Below, in pieces: positions 16,371 to 25,632 of a DNA stretch of 64,000 bases. Source of the stretch: an uncultured Candidatus Saccharibacteria bacterium. Its GTDB lineage: Bacteria > Patescibacteriota > Minisyncoccia > Phycocordibacterales > XYD1-FULL-46-19. The stretch spans positions 164,944 through 228,943 of the forward strand of contig CAZEAY010000001.1 of the NCBI GenBank assembly GCA_964510655.1. Reading direction: 5' to 3'. The notes under the pieces were generated by a model. That model did no database searches and had not been told where the DNA came from. It saw only the letters and a program-made list of their open reading frames with translations. How positions within the stretch are numbered: position 1 is the first letter of the stretch; each line of letters begins with the position of its first letter. Position numbers and translations under genes: made by a program.

Positions 16371-19241
16371 ATGAAAAAATACGATCCAAAGAAGATTGAG
16401 GGTAAGTGGCAGAAGGTTTGGGATAAATCTGGCATTTACCAGGCTAAAGATTTTTCTAAAAAACCCAAGTGGTATTCTTTGATCGAGTTTCCTTATCCTT
16501 CTGGTGATGGTCTTCATACTGGCCATATTCGGAGTAATACCGCAATGGATATTATCTCGCGTAAACGGCGTATGGAGGGCTACAACGTCCTTTATCCTAT
16601 TGGTTGGGATGCTTTTGGGTTACCAACAGAAAATTACGCTATTAAAACAGGTATCCATCCGGTGAAGGTAACGAAAAAAAATACTGATATTTTTCGTAAG
16701 CAACTTAAATCGGTAGGCTTTTCTTTTGACTGGAAACGCGAAATAAATACTAGTGATCCTAATTACTACAAATGGACTCAGTGGATTTTTTTGCAATTAT
16801 TCAAAAAGGGGCTGGCTTATAAACAAAAAACTTTAATCAACTGGTGCCCAAAAGATAAGACTGGACTGGCTAATGAGGAGGTGGTCAATGGTTGTTGTGA
16901 ACGCTGTGGAACCGAGGTGGTCAAAAAAGAAAAAGAACAGTGGATGTTGGCTATCACTAAATATGCGGATCGCCTTGATAAAGATTTAGATAAGGTGGAC
17001 TATTTGCCCCAGATTAAAACCCAACAACGTAATTGGATTGGTCGCTCTGAAGGAGCGGAGATAAAATTCAAAATTCAAGAGGTAAAAGGCCAAAGTGAAG
17101 GTCAAAATAGAAAAGTTGAACACGAAATTTCGGTTTTTACTACTCGTGCTGATACGTTGTTTGGGGTAACTTATGTTGTTTTGGCGCCAGAACATGAATT
17201 GGTTAATAATTTAAAGTTGGAAATTAAAAATTGGGAAGAAGTAAGTAACTATATTAAAAAGGTTAGCAAGGAAAGTGACACCGAGCGCACAGCGGAAAAT
17301 AGAGAGAAGACTGGTGTCAGGTTGGAGGGTATTACCGCCATTAATCCCGCCAATCAGGAAGAGGTACCGGTTTTTATTGCCGACTATGTTTTAGCTTCTT
17401 ATGGCACAGGAGCGGTAATGGCTGTACCGGCCCACGATGAACGAGATTGGGCTTTTGCAAAAAAATATAATTTGCCAATTAAAGAAGTTATCATTCCAGA
17501 GCGAATTGATAAGAGAAATCCACCGGTGGCTGGCAAAAAAGAAGTCGAAAGACAAAATGTTCATGCCATTGTTTACAATCCGCAGACTAAAAAATACCTC
17601 TGTCTTAATTGGAAAAAATATAATTGGAAAACTTTCCCAATGGGGGGAGTGGAAAAGGGTGAAAATGTTGTGGAAGCAGCTAGGCGTGAAGTTTTGGAGG
17701 AGACTGGCTATTCCGATTTAAAACTTGTCAGAGTTCTTGGCGGACAGGTAAAAGCTGAATATTTTGCTGCTCATAAAGACCAAAATCGAGTGGCTTATAC
17801 GAGTGCTGTTTATTTTGAATTAAAAAGTGAACAAAGAGAATCGGTGACTAAGACCGAAGAAGAGATGTATGATCTTGTGTGGTCGGATTGGAATGACATT
17901 ACGGTTGACAAAATGACTCACGCGGAAATGGATGTCTGGTTGGAACGATTAGAAAATGAAGAGAGATCATTTACTGATTATGGTATTTTGATTAACTCTG
18001 GACAATTTAACAAACTTAGCAGTGAACAAGCTAAAAAAGAAATCACTAAATTTGTTAAAGGAAAAATTGTCACCAAGTATAAATTACGTGATTGGGTTTT
18101 TTCTCGTCAGCGTTATTGGGGTGAACCAATTCCTCTGGTTTATTGTGAAAAAGACGGATGGGTGGCGGTACCAGAAAAAGAACTGCCGGTTGTTTTACCT
18201 AATGTAAAAAATTATCAGCCGTCTGATGAGGGGGAATCCCCACTGTCTCGTGATAAAAAATGGGTAAATACCACCTGTCCAACTTGTGGCGGTAAGGCGA
18301 CGAGAGAAACTGACACCATGCCAAACTGGGCCGGATCATCTTGGTATTCTTTGCGCTATATCGATCCAACTAATAAAAAGAGTTTGGCTGATGTGAAAAA
18401 ATTAAAATATTGGCAACCAGTAGATTGGTATAATGGTGGAGCTGAACATATTACCCTACACCTCCTTTATTCTCGTTTTTGGAGTAAGTTTTTATATGAT
18501 CTGGGTATGTCTCCAGCCGACGAACCTTATCTAAAAAGAACTACCCATGGGATGATTTTGGGGGCGGGAGGAATTAAAATGTCAAAATCTAAAGGTAATG
18601 TGGTAAATCCAGACACGACCGTAAAGACTTACGGGGCGGATACTCTGCGTGTTTATGAAATGTTTATGGGTCCTTTTGATCAGTCTATTGCTTGGAGTAC
18701 TGAAAGTATTATTGGTTCTCGCCGATTTTTAGATAAGGTTTGGAATATTGGCCAAAAAACCACCAAAATTAAACCAACAGAGGAATTTGAGATTTTGACC
18801 AACAAAACAATTAAAAAGGTAGGGGAAGATATTGAGGTCATGGGTTTCAATACGGCCATTTCTGCGATGATGATGTGGGCTAACGAAGCTGACAAGCTGG
18901 ACCAGGTTCCCATTTCTTCACTTTTGGATTTTCTCAAAGTTTTAGCTCCTTTTGCCCCTCATTTAGCCGAAGAGTTGTGGGCGAGTTTGGGTAACAAAAA
19001 AACCATTCACTTGGAAAAGTGGCCTATTTACGATGAAACTAAATTAAAAGATAAGACGGTAACAATTGTGGTGCAGATCAATGGTAAAGTTCGCGATTCT
19101 TTTGAAACAGAAGCGGGGATTAGTCAGTCAGACATGGAGGAAAAGGTCTTAGTAAGAGAGGTTGTAAAAAAATGGATGGAAGGTCAAACCGTTCGTAAAA
19201 TCATCTATGTTCCAGATAAGTTAGTGAATATTGTTTTATAA
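16371..19241 (+). CDS. leuS: leucyl-tRNA synthetase with an inserted Nudix hydrolase domain (about residues 378-536, nt 17502-17978)
   Basis: HTGHIRSNTAMD (HIGH), TTRADTLFGVTY, GTGAVMAVPAHDERDWAFAKKYNLPIK, KLRDWVFSRQRYWGEP, KMSKSKGN; insert contains a perfect Nudix box GGVEKGENVVEAARREVLEETGY (17643-17711). Confidence 0.95.
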   Translation: MKKYDPKKIEGKWQKVWDKSGIYQAKDFSKKPKWYSLIEFPYPSGDGLHTGHIRSNTAMDIISRKRRMEGYNVLYPIGWDAFGLPTENYAIKTGIHPVKVTKKNTDIFRKQLKSVGFSFDWKREINTSDPNYYKWTQWIFLQLFKKGLAYKQKTLINWCPKDKTGLANEEVVNGCCERCGTEVVKKEKEQWMLAITKYADRLDKDLDKVDYLPQIKTQQRNWIGRSEGAEIKFKIQEVKGQSEGQNRKVEHEISVFTTRADTLFGVTYVVLAPEHELVNNLKLEIKNWEEVSNYIKKVSKESDTERTAENREKTGVRLEGITAINPANQEEVPVFIADYVLASYGTGAVMAVPAHDERDWAFAKKYNLPIKEVIIPERIDKRNPPVAGKKEVERQNVHAIVYNPQTKKYLCLNWKKYNWKTFPMGGVEKGENVVEAARREVLEETGYSDLKLVRVLGGQVKAEYFAAHKDQNRVAYTSAVYFELKSEQRESVTKTEEEMYDLVWSDWNDITVDKMTHAEMDVWLERLENEERSFTDYGILINSGQFNKLSSEQAKKEITKFVKGKIVTKYKLRDWVFSRQRYWGEPIPLVYCEKDGWVAVPEKELPVVLPNVKNYQPSDEGESPLSRDKKWVNTTCPTCGGKATRETDTMPNWAGSSWYSLRYIDPTNKKSLADVKKLKYWQPVDWYNGGAEHITLHLLYSRFWSKFLYDLGMSPADEPYLKRTTHGMILGAGGIKMSKSKGNVVNPDTTVKTYGADTLRVYEMFMGPFDQSIAWSTESIIGSRRFLDKVWNIGQKTTKIKPTEEFEILTNKTIKKVGEDIEVMGFNTAISAMMMWANEADKLDQVPISSLLDFLKVLAPFAPHLAEELWASLGNKKTIHLEKWPIYDETKLKDKTVTIVVQINGKVRDSFETEAGISQSDMEEKVLVREVVKKWMEGQTVRKIIYVPDKLVNIVL

Positions 19242-19315
19242 GTGACCTCTGGTCTACGGGGTTGACCCCTGTAGTAGATTTTGACCAAAGGAGTCTTTCA
19301 AAATTCACTACGGGG

Positions 19316-19344
19316 TTGACTTATATTTCAAAAGATGATACAAA
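19316..19344 (+). promoter_or_regulatory. sigma70 promoter TTGACT-17-TACAAT
   Basis: ggggTTGACTtatatttcaaaagatgaTACAATag upstream of the 19406 gene; the 13-mer CTACGGGGTTGAC also occurs at 19253. Confidence 0.55.
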
Positions 19345-19405
19345 TAGACTATCGTAAAATTAATCAAAAGAAGATTTAATACGTTTTATTTATCAATAAA
19401 TTATT

Positions 19406-20440
19406 ATGGCTAAAGAAAATTTGTCGTTTAAACCCAAGGATGCGATCAAAAAACTTTTGTCTCCTCTCTCTGATCGAGCAAGAGATATTATCACCAAACG
19501 CTACGGTCTGGGTAAAAACTCTGTCCGAATGACTCTAGAGGCTATTGGTGGTGAATATAAGATTACTCGCGAACGGGTTCGCCAGATTGAAAATTTTGCC
19601 ATCAATACTATAAAAAAATCTGAACACTATCAAAAATCTGATCTCTATTTTAATGAAATAAAGACTTTGATGGATGATTTTGGTGGTGTGGTACATGAGT
19701 CAGAATTTTTAGAATCTATTTCTAAAGATAAGGCAACTCAGAATCATATCCATTTTATGTTGGTTCTCTCTGATGCCTTTTTTAAACTGCGAGAAGATGA
19801 AGAATTTCATCATCGCTGGACCACTAACCGTGAATTGGCCTCTAAGGTACACAACTCGATCAAGGACCTTTGCCAAAACTTTACGGAAAATGATTTAGTA
19901 TCAGAACAAGAATTAATCACTCGTTTCTTGGGTGAATTAAAAGAAATTGTTGATGATGATAAGACCCGCGCTTTTGCTAAGAAATGGCTGGCGATTTCTA
20001 AAAATATTGGTCAAAATCCCTTGGGTGAGTGGGGGTTAGTAAAATCTCCAAATGTAAAAATGCGTGGTATTAGAGACTATGCTTACTTAGTCATTCGTCA
20101 AAATGGTTCACCAATGCACTTTGTTGAAGTGGCTAAAGCGATTTCCACTACTTTTGGTAAAAAGGCTCATCCCGCTACTTGCCACAATGAATTAATTAAA
20201 GATAAGCGTTTTGTTTTGGTTGGTCGCGGTCTTTATGCCTTGGCTGAGTGGGGATACACCAAAGGTATCGTCGCCGATGTTATTCGTACTCTACTAAAGA
20301 AAGAAGGACCACTAACTCGAGAAGAAATTGTTGGAAAAGTATTAAAGGAACGTCACGTTAAAGAAAATACTATTATTGTAAACCTTCAAAATCCAAAGTA
20401 TTTCCGTAAGGAGAAGGGTGGGAAATATAGTATTGTTTAA
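19406..20440 (+). CDS. DNA-binding protein: N-terminal sigma-70 region-4-like HTH, C-terminal HARE-HTH-like domain
   Basis: ITKRYGLGKNSVRMTLEAIGGEYKITRERVRQIENFAI resembles sigma70 region 4.2; C-terminus YAYLVIRQNGSPMHFVEVAKAI...GLYALAEWGY resembles HARE-HTH. Confidence 0.5.
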   Translation: MAKENLSFKPKDAIKKLLSPLSDRARDIITKRYGLGKNSVRMTLEAIGGEYKITRERVRQIENFAINTIKKSEHYQKSDLYFNEIKTLMDDFGGVVHESEFLESISKDKATQNHIHFMLVLSDAFFKLREDEEFHHRWTTNRELASKVHNSIKDLCQNFTENDLVSEQELITRFLGELKEIVDDDKTRAFAKKWLAISKNIGQNPLGEWGLVKSPNVKMRGIRDYAYLVIRQNGSPMHFVEVAKAISTTFGKKAHPATCHNELIKDKRFVLVGRGLYALAEWGYTKGIVADVIRTLLKKEGPLTREEIVGKVLKERHVKENTIIVNLQNPKYFRKEKGGKYSIV

Positions 20441-20458
20441 AATCAAAATAGATAACTA

Positions 20459-20487
20459 AAAAAACGCTTACTGGCGTTTTTTTAGTT
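20459..20487 (+). terminator. intrinsic terminator
   Basis: aaaaacgc-ttactg-gcgtttttttag. Confidence 0.65.
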
Positions 20488-20552
20488 CTCCACATTTTTC
20501 AATTAAAATCTGTCGCTCTTTAAGTGAGAATGTTGTATTATTCTAAGTATCT

Positions 20553-21773
20553 ATGACTCCCGACCTATTTTTCCAACACCCAGTATTTATTTTGTGGGTT
20601 TGGGCTTGGCGTACAATTTTGTGGTGGTATCCAGTGGTAGCCGTCTATGCCTTAGGTTATGTCTATATGGCTTATATTAGGGCCAACTGGATTAAAAATA
20701 TTCCTTGGGTACTCTTAGAAATTAAGATGCCTAAAGAAATTTCCAAATCTCCTCAGGCTATGGAGGTGCTGTTTGCTCAAATGTATCAAACCGCCCCCAA
20801 TTCTTTAATTGATATCTACATTAAAGGACGCACTCGTTCGTGGTTTTCATTAGAAATTGTTTCTATTGAAGGAAATATCCATTTTTACATTCGCACGGAA
20901 GCCAAATTTAAAAAATTAATTGAATCGGGAATTTATTCTCAATATCCCGGCGTAGAAGTTTATGAGGCTGATGACTATGTTTACAAAGTTCCTTATGGTG
21001 TTCCCGGAAGCGACTGGGAAATATTTGGAGTGGAATTTAAATTATCAAAACCCGATGCGTTTCCAATCAAGACTTATGTTGATTATGGTCTAGATAAAGA
21101 CCCAAAAGAGGAATTTAAAATCGATCCACTAACCCAGGTGTTAGAATTTTTAGGTTCTATTGGTCAAGGAGAACAAATTTGGCTTCAAATACCTATGATG
21201 GCGGCACGTAATCGTTATCCTAAGCCTGGTACTTGGTTTGGAACCCAAAGTTGGCAGGACGTTGGTAAGGCGGAAATTAAAAAGCTTTCAGAGGCCGGTC
21301 AGAAGAAAGATGACCCTTATGGTGGAGTATTTAAATTAACTCCGGGAGAAATTGAGAAACTGAAGGCTGTTGAAAGGAGTTTGAGCAAATACGGCTTTGA
21401 CTGTGGTTATCGTGGCATTTATTTAGCCAAAGGTGAATCATTTGATGGGGTAAATATTGGCCGATTGATTGGTAGTATCAAACAGTATGGTTCTGAAAAT
21501 TTGAATGGTTTTAAACTAAATCTTAATACCAGTTTTGATTATCCTTGGCAAGATTTTCGGGGGATACGTTTGGCTAAAATGAAAAGGGACATCTTCAGAA
21601 ATTATCGTCGTCGGGCTTATTTTTTCCCTCCCGCGAAATCTGTTCCTTTCGTTTTGAACACAGAAGAATTGGCAACCATTTTCCACTTCCCTGGATTAGT
21701 GGCTAATACTCCAACTCTTGACCGTATTAGTTCGAAGCGAGGTGAACCGCCTCCAAATTTGCCCGTGGCCTAA
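20553..21773 (+). CDS. hypothetical membrane-anchored protein (406 aa)
   Basis: Trp-rich N-terminal TM helices then soluble domain; no recognised motif. Confidence 0.45.
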   Translation: MTPDLFFQHPVFILWVWAWRTILWWYPVVAVYALGYVYMAYIRANWIKNIPWVLLEIKMPKEISKSPQAMEVLFAQMYQTAPNSLIDIYIKGRTRSWFSLEIVSIEGNIHFYIRTEAKFKKLIESGIYSQYPGVEVYEADDYVYKVPYGVPGSDWEIFGVEFKLSKPDAFPIKTYVDYGLDKDPKEEFKIDPLTQVLEFLGSIGQGEQIWLQIPMMAARNRYPKPGTWFGTQSWQDVGKAEIKKLSEAGQKKDDPYGGVFKLTPGEIEKLKAVERSLSKYGFDCGYRGIYLAKGESFDGVNIGRLIGSIKQYGSENLNGFKLNLNTSFDYPWQDFRGIRLAKMKRDIFRNYRRRAYFFPPAKSVPFVLNTEELATIFHFPGLVANTPTLDRISSKRGEPPPNLPVA

Positions 21774-21788
21774 ATTAATATTTTTTTC

Positions 21789-22811
21789 ATGATTAAAAAA
21801 GAGGACCTAATAGCGCCCATAGTTAAACATTGTGATTGGGTTAAAGATAAATTAAATCATTATAAATTTTGGCGAGAGACTGGTCTGACAGTATTAGCTT
21901 TTTCTTTGTGGCTGTTGGGACTTTATGCTGTTTTTTGTTCGGCCCCCTTTGGTTTTCCTGAAGGGACGATAATGCGCGTGCATAAAAATACCAGTATCAG
22001 TCAGTTAAGTCTCTCTCTTTATGACAAAGAGATGATTCGTTCTCCTTTTGTTTTTAAAGTTTTAACAAGTCTTTTTGATTCAGGAAAAGTTTTTGCCGGC
22101 GACTATCGTTTTAAAGATAAAGAAAATGTTTTTACGTTAGCTCGTCGCTTTACCCGCGGAGAATTTGGAATCAATCCTACCAGAGTTACTATCTTAGAGG
22201 GATCTAGTTCCCGTGAAATTGCGACATTGTTAGATAAAAAATTACCTGTTTTCGAAAAAGATGCCTTTATCGCTTTAGCCGAGAAACAAGAGGGGCATCT
22301 TTTTCCTGATACTTACTTTATTAAGCCCTCTGATGACGAAGGCGACATTATCAAGTTGATGACCGATAATTTTGAGAAACAACTTAGCAAGATTAAGCTT
22401 GATGTTTTGGCCTCTAATCGCAGTTTTGATGATATTCTTACCATGGCTTCAATTATTGAATTAGAAACAAGAACACCAGAATCACGTCGAATGGTGTCTG
22501 GTATATTATGGAATCGGATTAAAAAAGATATGAAACTTCAGGTGGATGCAGTTTTTCCTTATATTATGAACAAATATAGTTTGCAGTTGACAATGAAAGA
22601 TTTGCAAACCGATTCTCCTTATAACACTTATAAATATAAAGGATTGCCGCCAGGACCAGTTGGCAACCCAGGTTTAGACTCTATTAAAGCGGCTCTCAAT
22701 CCAACCAAGACTTCTTACCTATATTATTTGTCAGACAAGCAAGGGAAGATGCATTATGCTGAAACCTATAAGGGACATATGGCGAACAGACGGAAATATT
22801 TAGGAATGTAG
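21789..22811 (+). CDS. mltG: endolytic murein transglycosylase MltG (YceG-like)
   Basis: N-terminal TM; LASIIELETRTPESRRMVSGILWNRIKKDMKLQVDA; YNTYKYKGLPPGPVGNPGLDSIKAALNP. Confidence 0.85.
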   Translation: MIKKEDLIAPIVKHCDWVKDKLNHYKFWRETGLTVLAFSLWLLGLYAVFCSAPFGFPEGTIMRVHKNTSISQLSLSLYDKEMIRSPFVFKVLTSLFDSGKVFAGDYRFKDKENVFTLARRFTRGEFGINPTRVTILEGSSSREIATLLDKKLPVFEKDAFIALAEKQEGHLFPDTYFIKPSDDEGDIIKLMTDNFEKQLSKIKLDVLASNRSFDDILTMASIIELETRTPESRRMVSGILWNRIKKDMKLQVDAVFPYIMNKYSLQLTMKDLQTDSPYNTYKYKGLPPGPVGNPGLDSIKAALNPTKTSYLYYLSDKQGKMHYAETYKGHMANRRKYLGM

Positions 22812-22919
22812 TTAAAAATTTACTCTTCTTTAGTAGACTTTAAATTATGTGAATAATGTTTTATACTTACTTTTCGCGACAGAATTTATTAAAGCCAAAC
22901 TAAAATATTATTTAAACAA

Positions 22920-23471
22920 GTGAAAAAAAGAAACCTAGCTTTTATTGATTTAGAAACCACCGGCTTGGATGCCGACAAACATGAAATTATTGAAATTGGC
23001 TGTATTATTGCGCGCCAAGTAGAACGAGACGGACGAGGAAATGATTTGGAAGTTATAGAAGAATTTGATTTAAAAGTAAAACCAGAACATATTGAAACTT
23101 CGGACCCAGAGTCCCTTAAAATAAATGGTTATCATGAAATGGATTGGATGTTTGCCGTTTCTTTAGAACAGGCAATGAAAATGTTAGCTGAGAAAACCGA
23201 TGGAGCGATGTTGGTCGCTCAAAATGTTGCCTTCGATTGGCTGTTTTTGGAAAAAGCTTTCGCTAAAACAGGGATAGAGAATAAAATGGATTTTCATCGG
23301 ATAGACATTTTATCGATGGCCTATGGAAAACTTTATCATGATGACAGAGCTCAGAGATTTTCTTTACGAGCCCTGTGTGAATATTTTGATATTAAAAATG
23401 ATCGAGCCCATTCCGCCTTAGCCGATATTCGGGCTGAATACGAGGTTTATAAAAAATTAATTGAGCTGTAA
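22920..23471 (+). CDS. DEDDh 3'-5' exonuclease (DnaQ/epsilon-like)
   Basis: LAFIDLETTGLDADKHEIIEIGCII (Exo I), AQNVAFDWLFL (Exo II), HSALADIRAEYEVYKKL (Exo III); GTG start. Confidence 0.8.
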   Translation: MKKRNLAFIDLETTGLDADKHEIIEIGCIIARQVERDGRGNDLEVIEEFDLKVKPEHIETSDPESLKINGYHEMDWMFAVSLEQAMKMLAEKTDGAMLVAQNVAFDWLFLEKAFAKTGIENKMDFHRIDILSMAYGKLYHDDRAQRFSLRALCEYFDIKNDRAHSALADIRAEYEVYKKLIEL

Positions 23472-23487
23472 GTTTTTATAAAAGAAA

Positions 23488-23518
23488 GCCCGCGACGTCA
23501 TTAGATGACGTCGCGGGC
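23488..23518. terminator. GC-rich hairpin, functional mainly for the minus-strand KH gene
   Basis: gcccgcgacgtcat-tag-atgacgtcgcgggc; T-run follows on the minus strand. Confidence 0.65.
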
Positions 23519-23542
23519 AACAAGAGACGTTGAACCCGAGGA

Positions 23543-23809
23543 TTATTCGATTACAGAGATCATTCCACGCATATCATCCTTGGCAAGAACTGCATATGCC
23601 AATTTACGGATTGCCTTGATTGTTTGACCACCAAGGCCGATAACCTGTCCGACCTCCTCTCGGGCGACACGGATTTCATAGATGACGGTGTTGTTTGTTG
23701 ACATCATATCCACGTCAACACGTTCTGGACTGTCCACGAGCAGGCGGACCCACAGAAGGATTGCTTCCTGTACCTGCTTTTCAGGAGGGATAGAAGATTC
23801 GGTAACCAT
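23543..23809 (-). CDS. KH-domain RNA-binding protein (KhpA/YlqC-like), GC-rich
   Basis: VGQVIGLGGQTIKAIRKLA GXXG KH motif; ATG (MVTESS) with GAGGTG SD; consensus promoter upstream; track ORF N-terminal extension is spurious. Confidence 0.6.
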   Translation of the reverse strand: MVTESSIPPEKQVQEAILLWVRLLVDSPERVDVDMMSTNNTVIYEIRVAREEVGQVIGLGGQTIKAIRKLAYAVLAKDDMRGMISVIE

Positions 23810-23873
23810 TGGAGCACCTCTCAGCGGGAACGGGTTCGGTGTGTCGTATAAAGAACACAGCTTACTGTCTAAA

Positions 23874-23902
23874 ATATTAACTAAATATTTTGATTTTGTC
23901 AA
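23874..23902 (-). promoter_or_regulatory. sigma70 promoter TTGACA-17-TAATAT for the KH gene
   Basis: minus-strand TTGACAaaatcaaaatatttagtTAATAT. Confidence 0.6.
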
Positions 23903-23922
23903 ATTGACCTAAATAACGATAT

Positions 23923-23951
23923 TTGACCATTTACTGAATAAGTTATATAAT
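23923..23951 (+). promoter_or_regulatory. sigma70 promoter TTGACC-17-TATAAT for the 23972 gene (divergent from the KH promoter)
   Basis: TTGACCatttactgaataagttaTATAAT; adjacent palindromic ttgtcaaattgacc. Confidence 0.6.
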
Positions 23952-23971
23952 AGAAGCTGAATTCTTTAAGA

Positions 23972-24265
23972 ATGGAGGTGGTAAATTTGCTTTACCTGTA
24001 TACTTTGGCTGAGGCCTCTCGTCTTATTCGAGAAAAAGATCCTGAGGCTTTCCCTGATCAAAACTGTTTGATTGCTGGCCAAGTAGCGCCTTTGAATTAC
24101 CTCTTATGGATGGTTAACACTGTGGCCGAAACAACAGATCGCGAGAAAGCGGCTCGCTTGGTCGGTTGGATCCTGGCTCATTTGGAGATACACGGTCTGC
24201 TGGATAAACAGACGAGCCATAATCTAGTCAAAAAAGATGTAGGAGCAAGCCCCTCGTCTTCCTGA
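23972..24265 (+). CDS. GC-rich ORFan (97 aa)
   Basis: GGAGGTGG SD region (start may be ATG at 23972 or the downstream TTG); followed by a hairpin terminator at 24270-24312. Confidence 0.35.
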   Translation: MEVVNLLYLYTLAEASRLIREKDPEAFPDQNCLIAGQVAPLNYLLWMVNTVAETTDREKAARLVGWILAHLEIHGLLDKQTSHNLVKKDVGASPSSS

Positions 24266-24317
24266 CTTTATGGGCCAAGGTTACTCGTGTGTAATCTTGG
24301 CCCACATTTTTTAATAT

Positions 24318-25421
24318 ATGAGTAATAAAATTACTAAAAAAGTTTTTGTTGGCATGTCTGGAGGAGTTGATTCTTCTGTTTCGGCGGCTTTGTTGCAAGA
24401 GCAAGGTTATGAAGTAATAGGAGTATTTATCAAGGCCTGGGAGCCAGAAGGTTTTGATTGTGGTTGGCGTGAAGAGCGGAGGGATACTATGAGAGTAGCT
24501 GCTCATCTAAAAATCCCCTTTGTCACCCTTGATCTTGGTAAAGAATACAAAGAATCTGTGGTGGATTATATGGTGGCTGAATATAAAGCTGGGCGAACAC
24601 CTAATCCAGATGTGATGTGCAATAAAGCAATTAAATTTGGTGCCTTCTTTAAAAGAGCCGTGTCTTTAGGGGCTGACTATGTGGCGATGGGACACTATGC
24701 ACAGATACAAAAAGCCAAATGTCAAAAGTCAAATGTCAAAAGCACAGAAGAAAAATATGAAATGCTTGCCGGAATAGACAAAAACAAAGATCAAACTTAT
24801 TTTCTCTGGACCTTAGGACAAGAGCAACTTAGTCACACCCTTTTTCCGGTTGGGCATTTAGAAAAAACTGAGGTAAGAAAGTTAGCGGAAAAGTTTAAAT
24901 TACCAAACAAAACCAAAAAAGACAGCCAGGGGATTTGTTTTGTTGGTCAACTTGATTTAAAAGAGTTTTTAAAAGAATTTATCGAAGAGAAAGATGGTGA
25001 TGTTTTAGATATGGAAGGAAATGTGGTGGGCAAACATCGCGGTGTTTTGTTTTACACTCTAGGAGAGCGTCATGGTTTTGAAATATTTAAGAAAACACCA
25101 AATGAATCACCTTTATATGTTATTTCTAAAGACTTAAAAAATAACACTATTACTGTTTCAGACAGCCCTTTTTCGAAAGATGATGATAAGGAAGTGCCAA
25201 TAGAGTCGGTAAATTGGGTATCTGGTCAAACTCCCGATTTATCAAAAAAATATCAAGCCCGTATTCGTTATCGCCAACCACTCCAAGAATGTCAGATTAG
25301 AGAAATTACTCCAAATAAATTTCAGGTGGTATTTGACCAACCACAAGCCTCGATTTCTTCTGGTCAGTCGGTCGTTATCTATGATGGTGAAATTTGTCTA
25401 GGTGGTGGAGTGATAAGTTAA
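24318..25421 (+). CDS. mnmA: tRNA-specific 2-thiouridylase MnmA
   Basis: VFVGMSGGVDSSVSAALL PP-loop, CNKAIKFGAFF, GICFVG. Confidence 0.9.
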   Translation: MSNKITKKVFVGMSGGVDSSVSAALLQEQGYEVIGVFIKAWEPEGFDCGWREERRDTMRVAAHLKIPFVTLDLGKEYKESVVDYMVAEYKAGRTPNPDVMCNKAIKFGAFFKRAVSLGADYVAMGHYAQIQKAKCQKSNVKSTEEKYEMLAGIDKNKDQTYFLWTLGQEQLSHTLFPVGHLEKTEVRKLAEKFKLPNKTKKDSQGICFVGQLDLKEFLKEFIEEKDGDVLDMEGNVVGKHRGVLFYTLGERHGFEIFKKTPNESPLYVISKDLKNNTITVSDSPFSKDDDKEVPIESVNWVSGQTPDLSKKYQARIRYRQPLQECQIREITPNKFQVVFDQPQASISSGQSVVIYDGEICLGGGVIS

Positions 25422-25452
25422 TTAAAAATTACGAATTACTAATTATAAATTA

Positions 25453-25497
25453 ATCATCACTTTGAGCTCGAACCTCAAAGTGATGATTTTTGCTTTT
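25453..25497 (+). terminator. intrinsic terminator
   Basis: atcatcactttgag-ctcgaac-ctcaaagtgatgat then TTTTGCTTTT. Confidence 0.8.
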
Positions 25498-25632
25498 GAG
25501 GCTGAATTTGATAGTATAATTAATACTTGTCCCGTTAAAAATAGACTTGTGGATTTAAGGTGGGCAAAACAAATAGTGGTAATTAACTGTGTGTTTCGAT
25601 GAGATTATATTAGAAAATAAATTTTTAATGGG

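Noticed and set aside
17502-17978. The LeuS insertion as an intein or a separate overlapping gene
   Set aside because: There is no Cys/Ser N-terminal splice residue, no C-terminal HN, and no homing-endonuclease motifs. The reading frame is continuous, and the flanking LeuS blocks align normally around a Nudix box.
25500-25632. A T-box riboswitch leader upstream of alaS
   Set aside because: There is no match to the T-box consensus (AAUUAGGGUGGNACCGCG) and no obvious specifier-loop or antiterminator architecture. Only a -10-like TATAAT is present.
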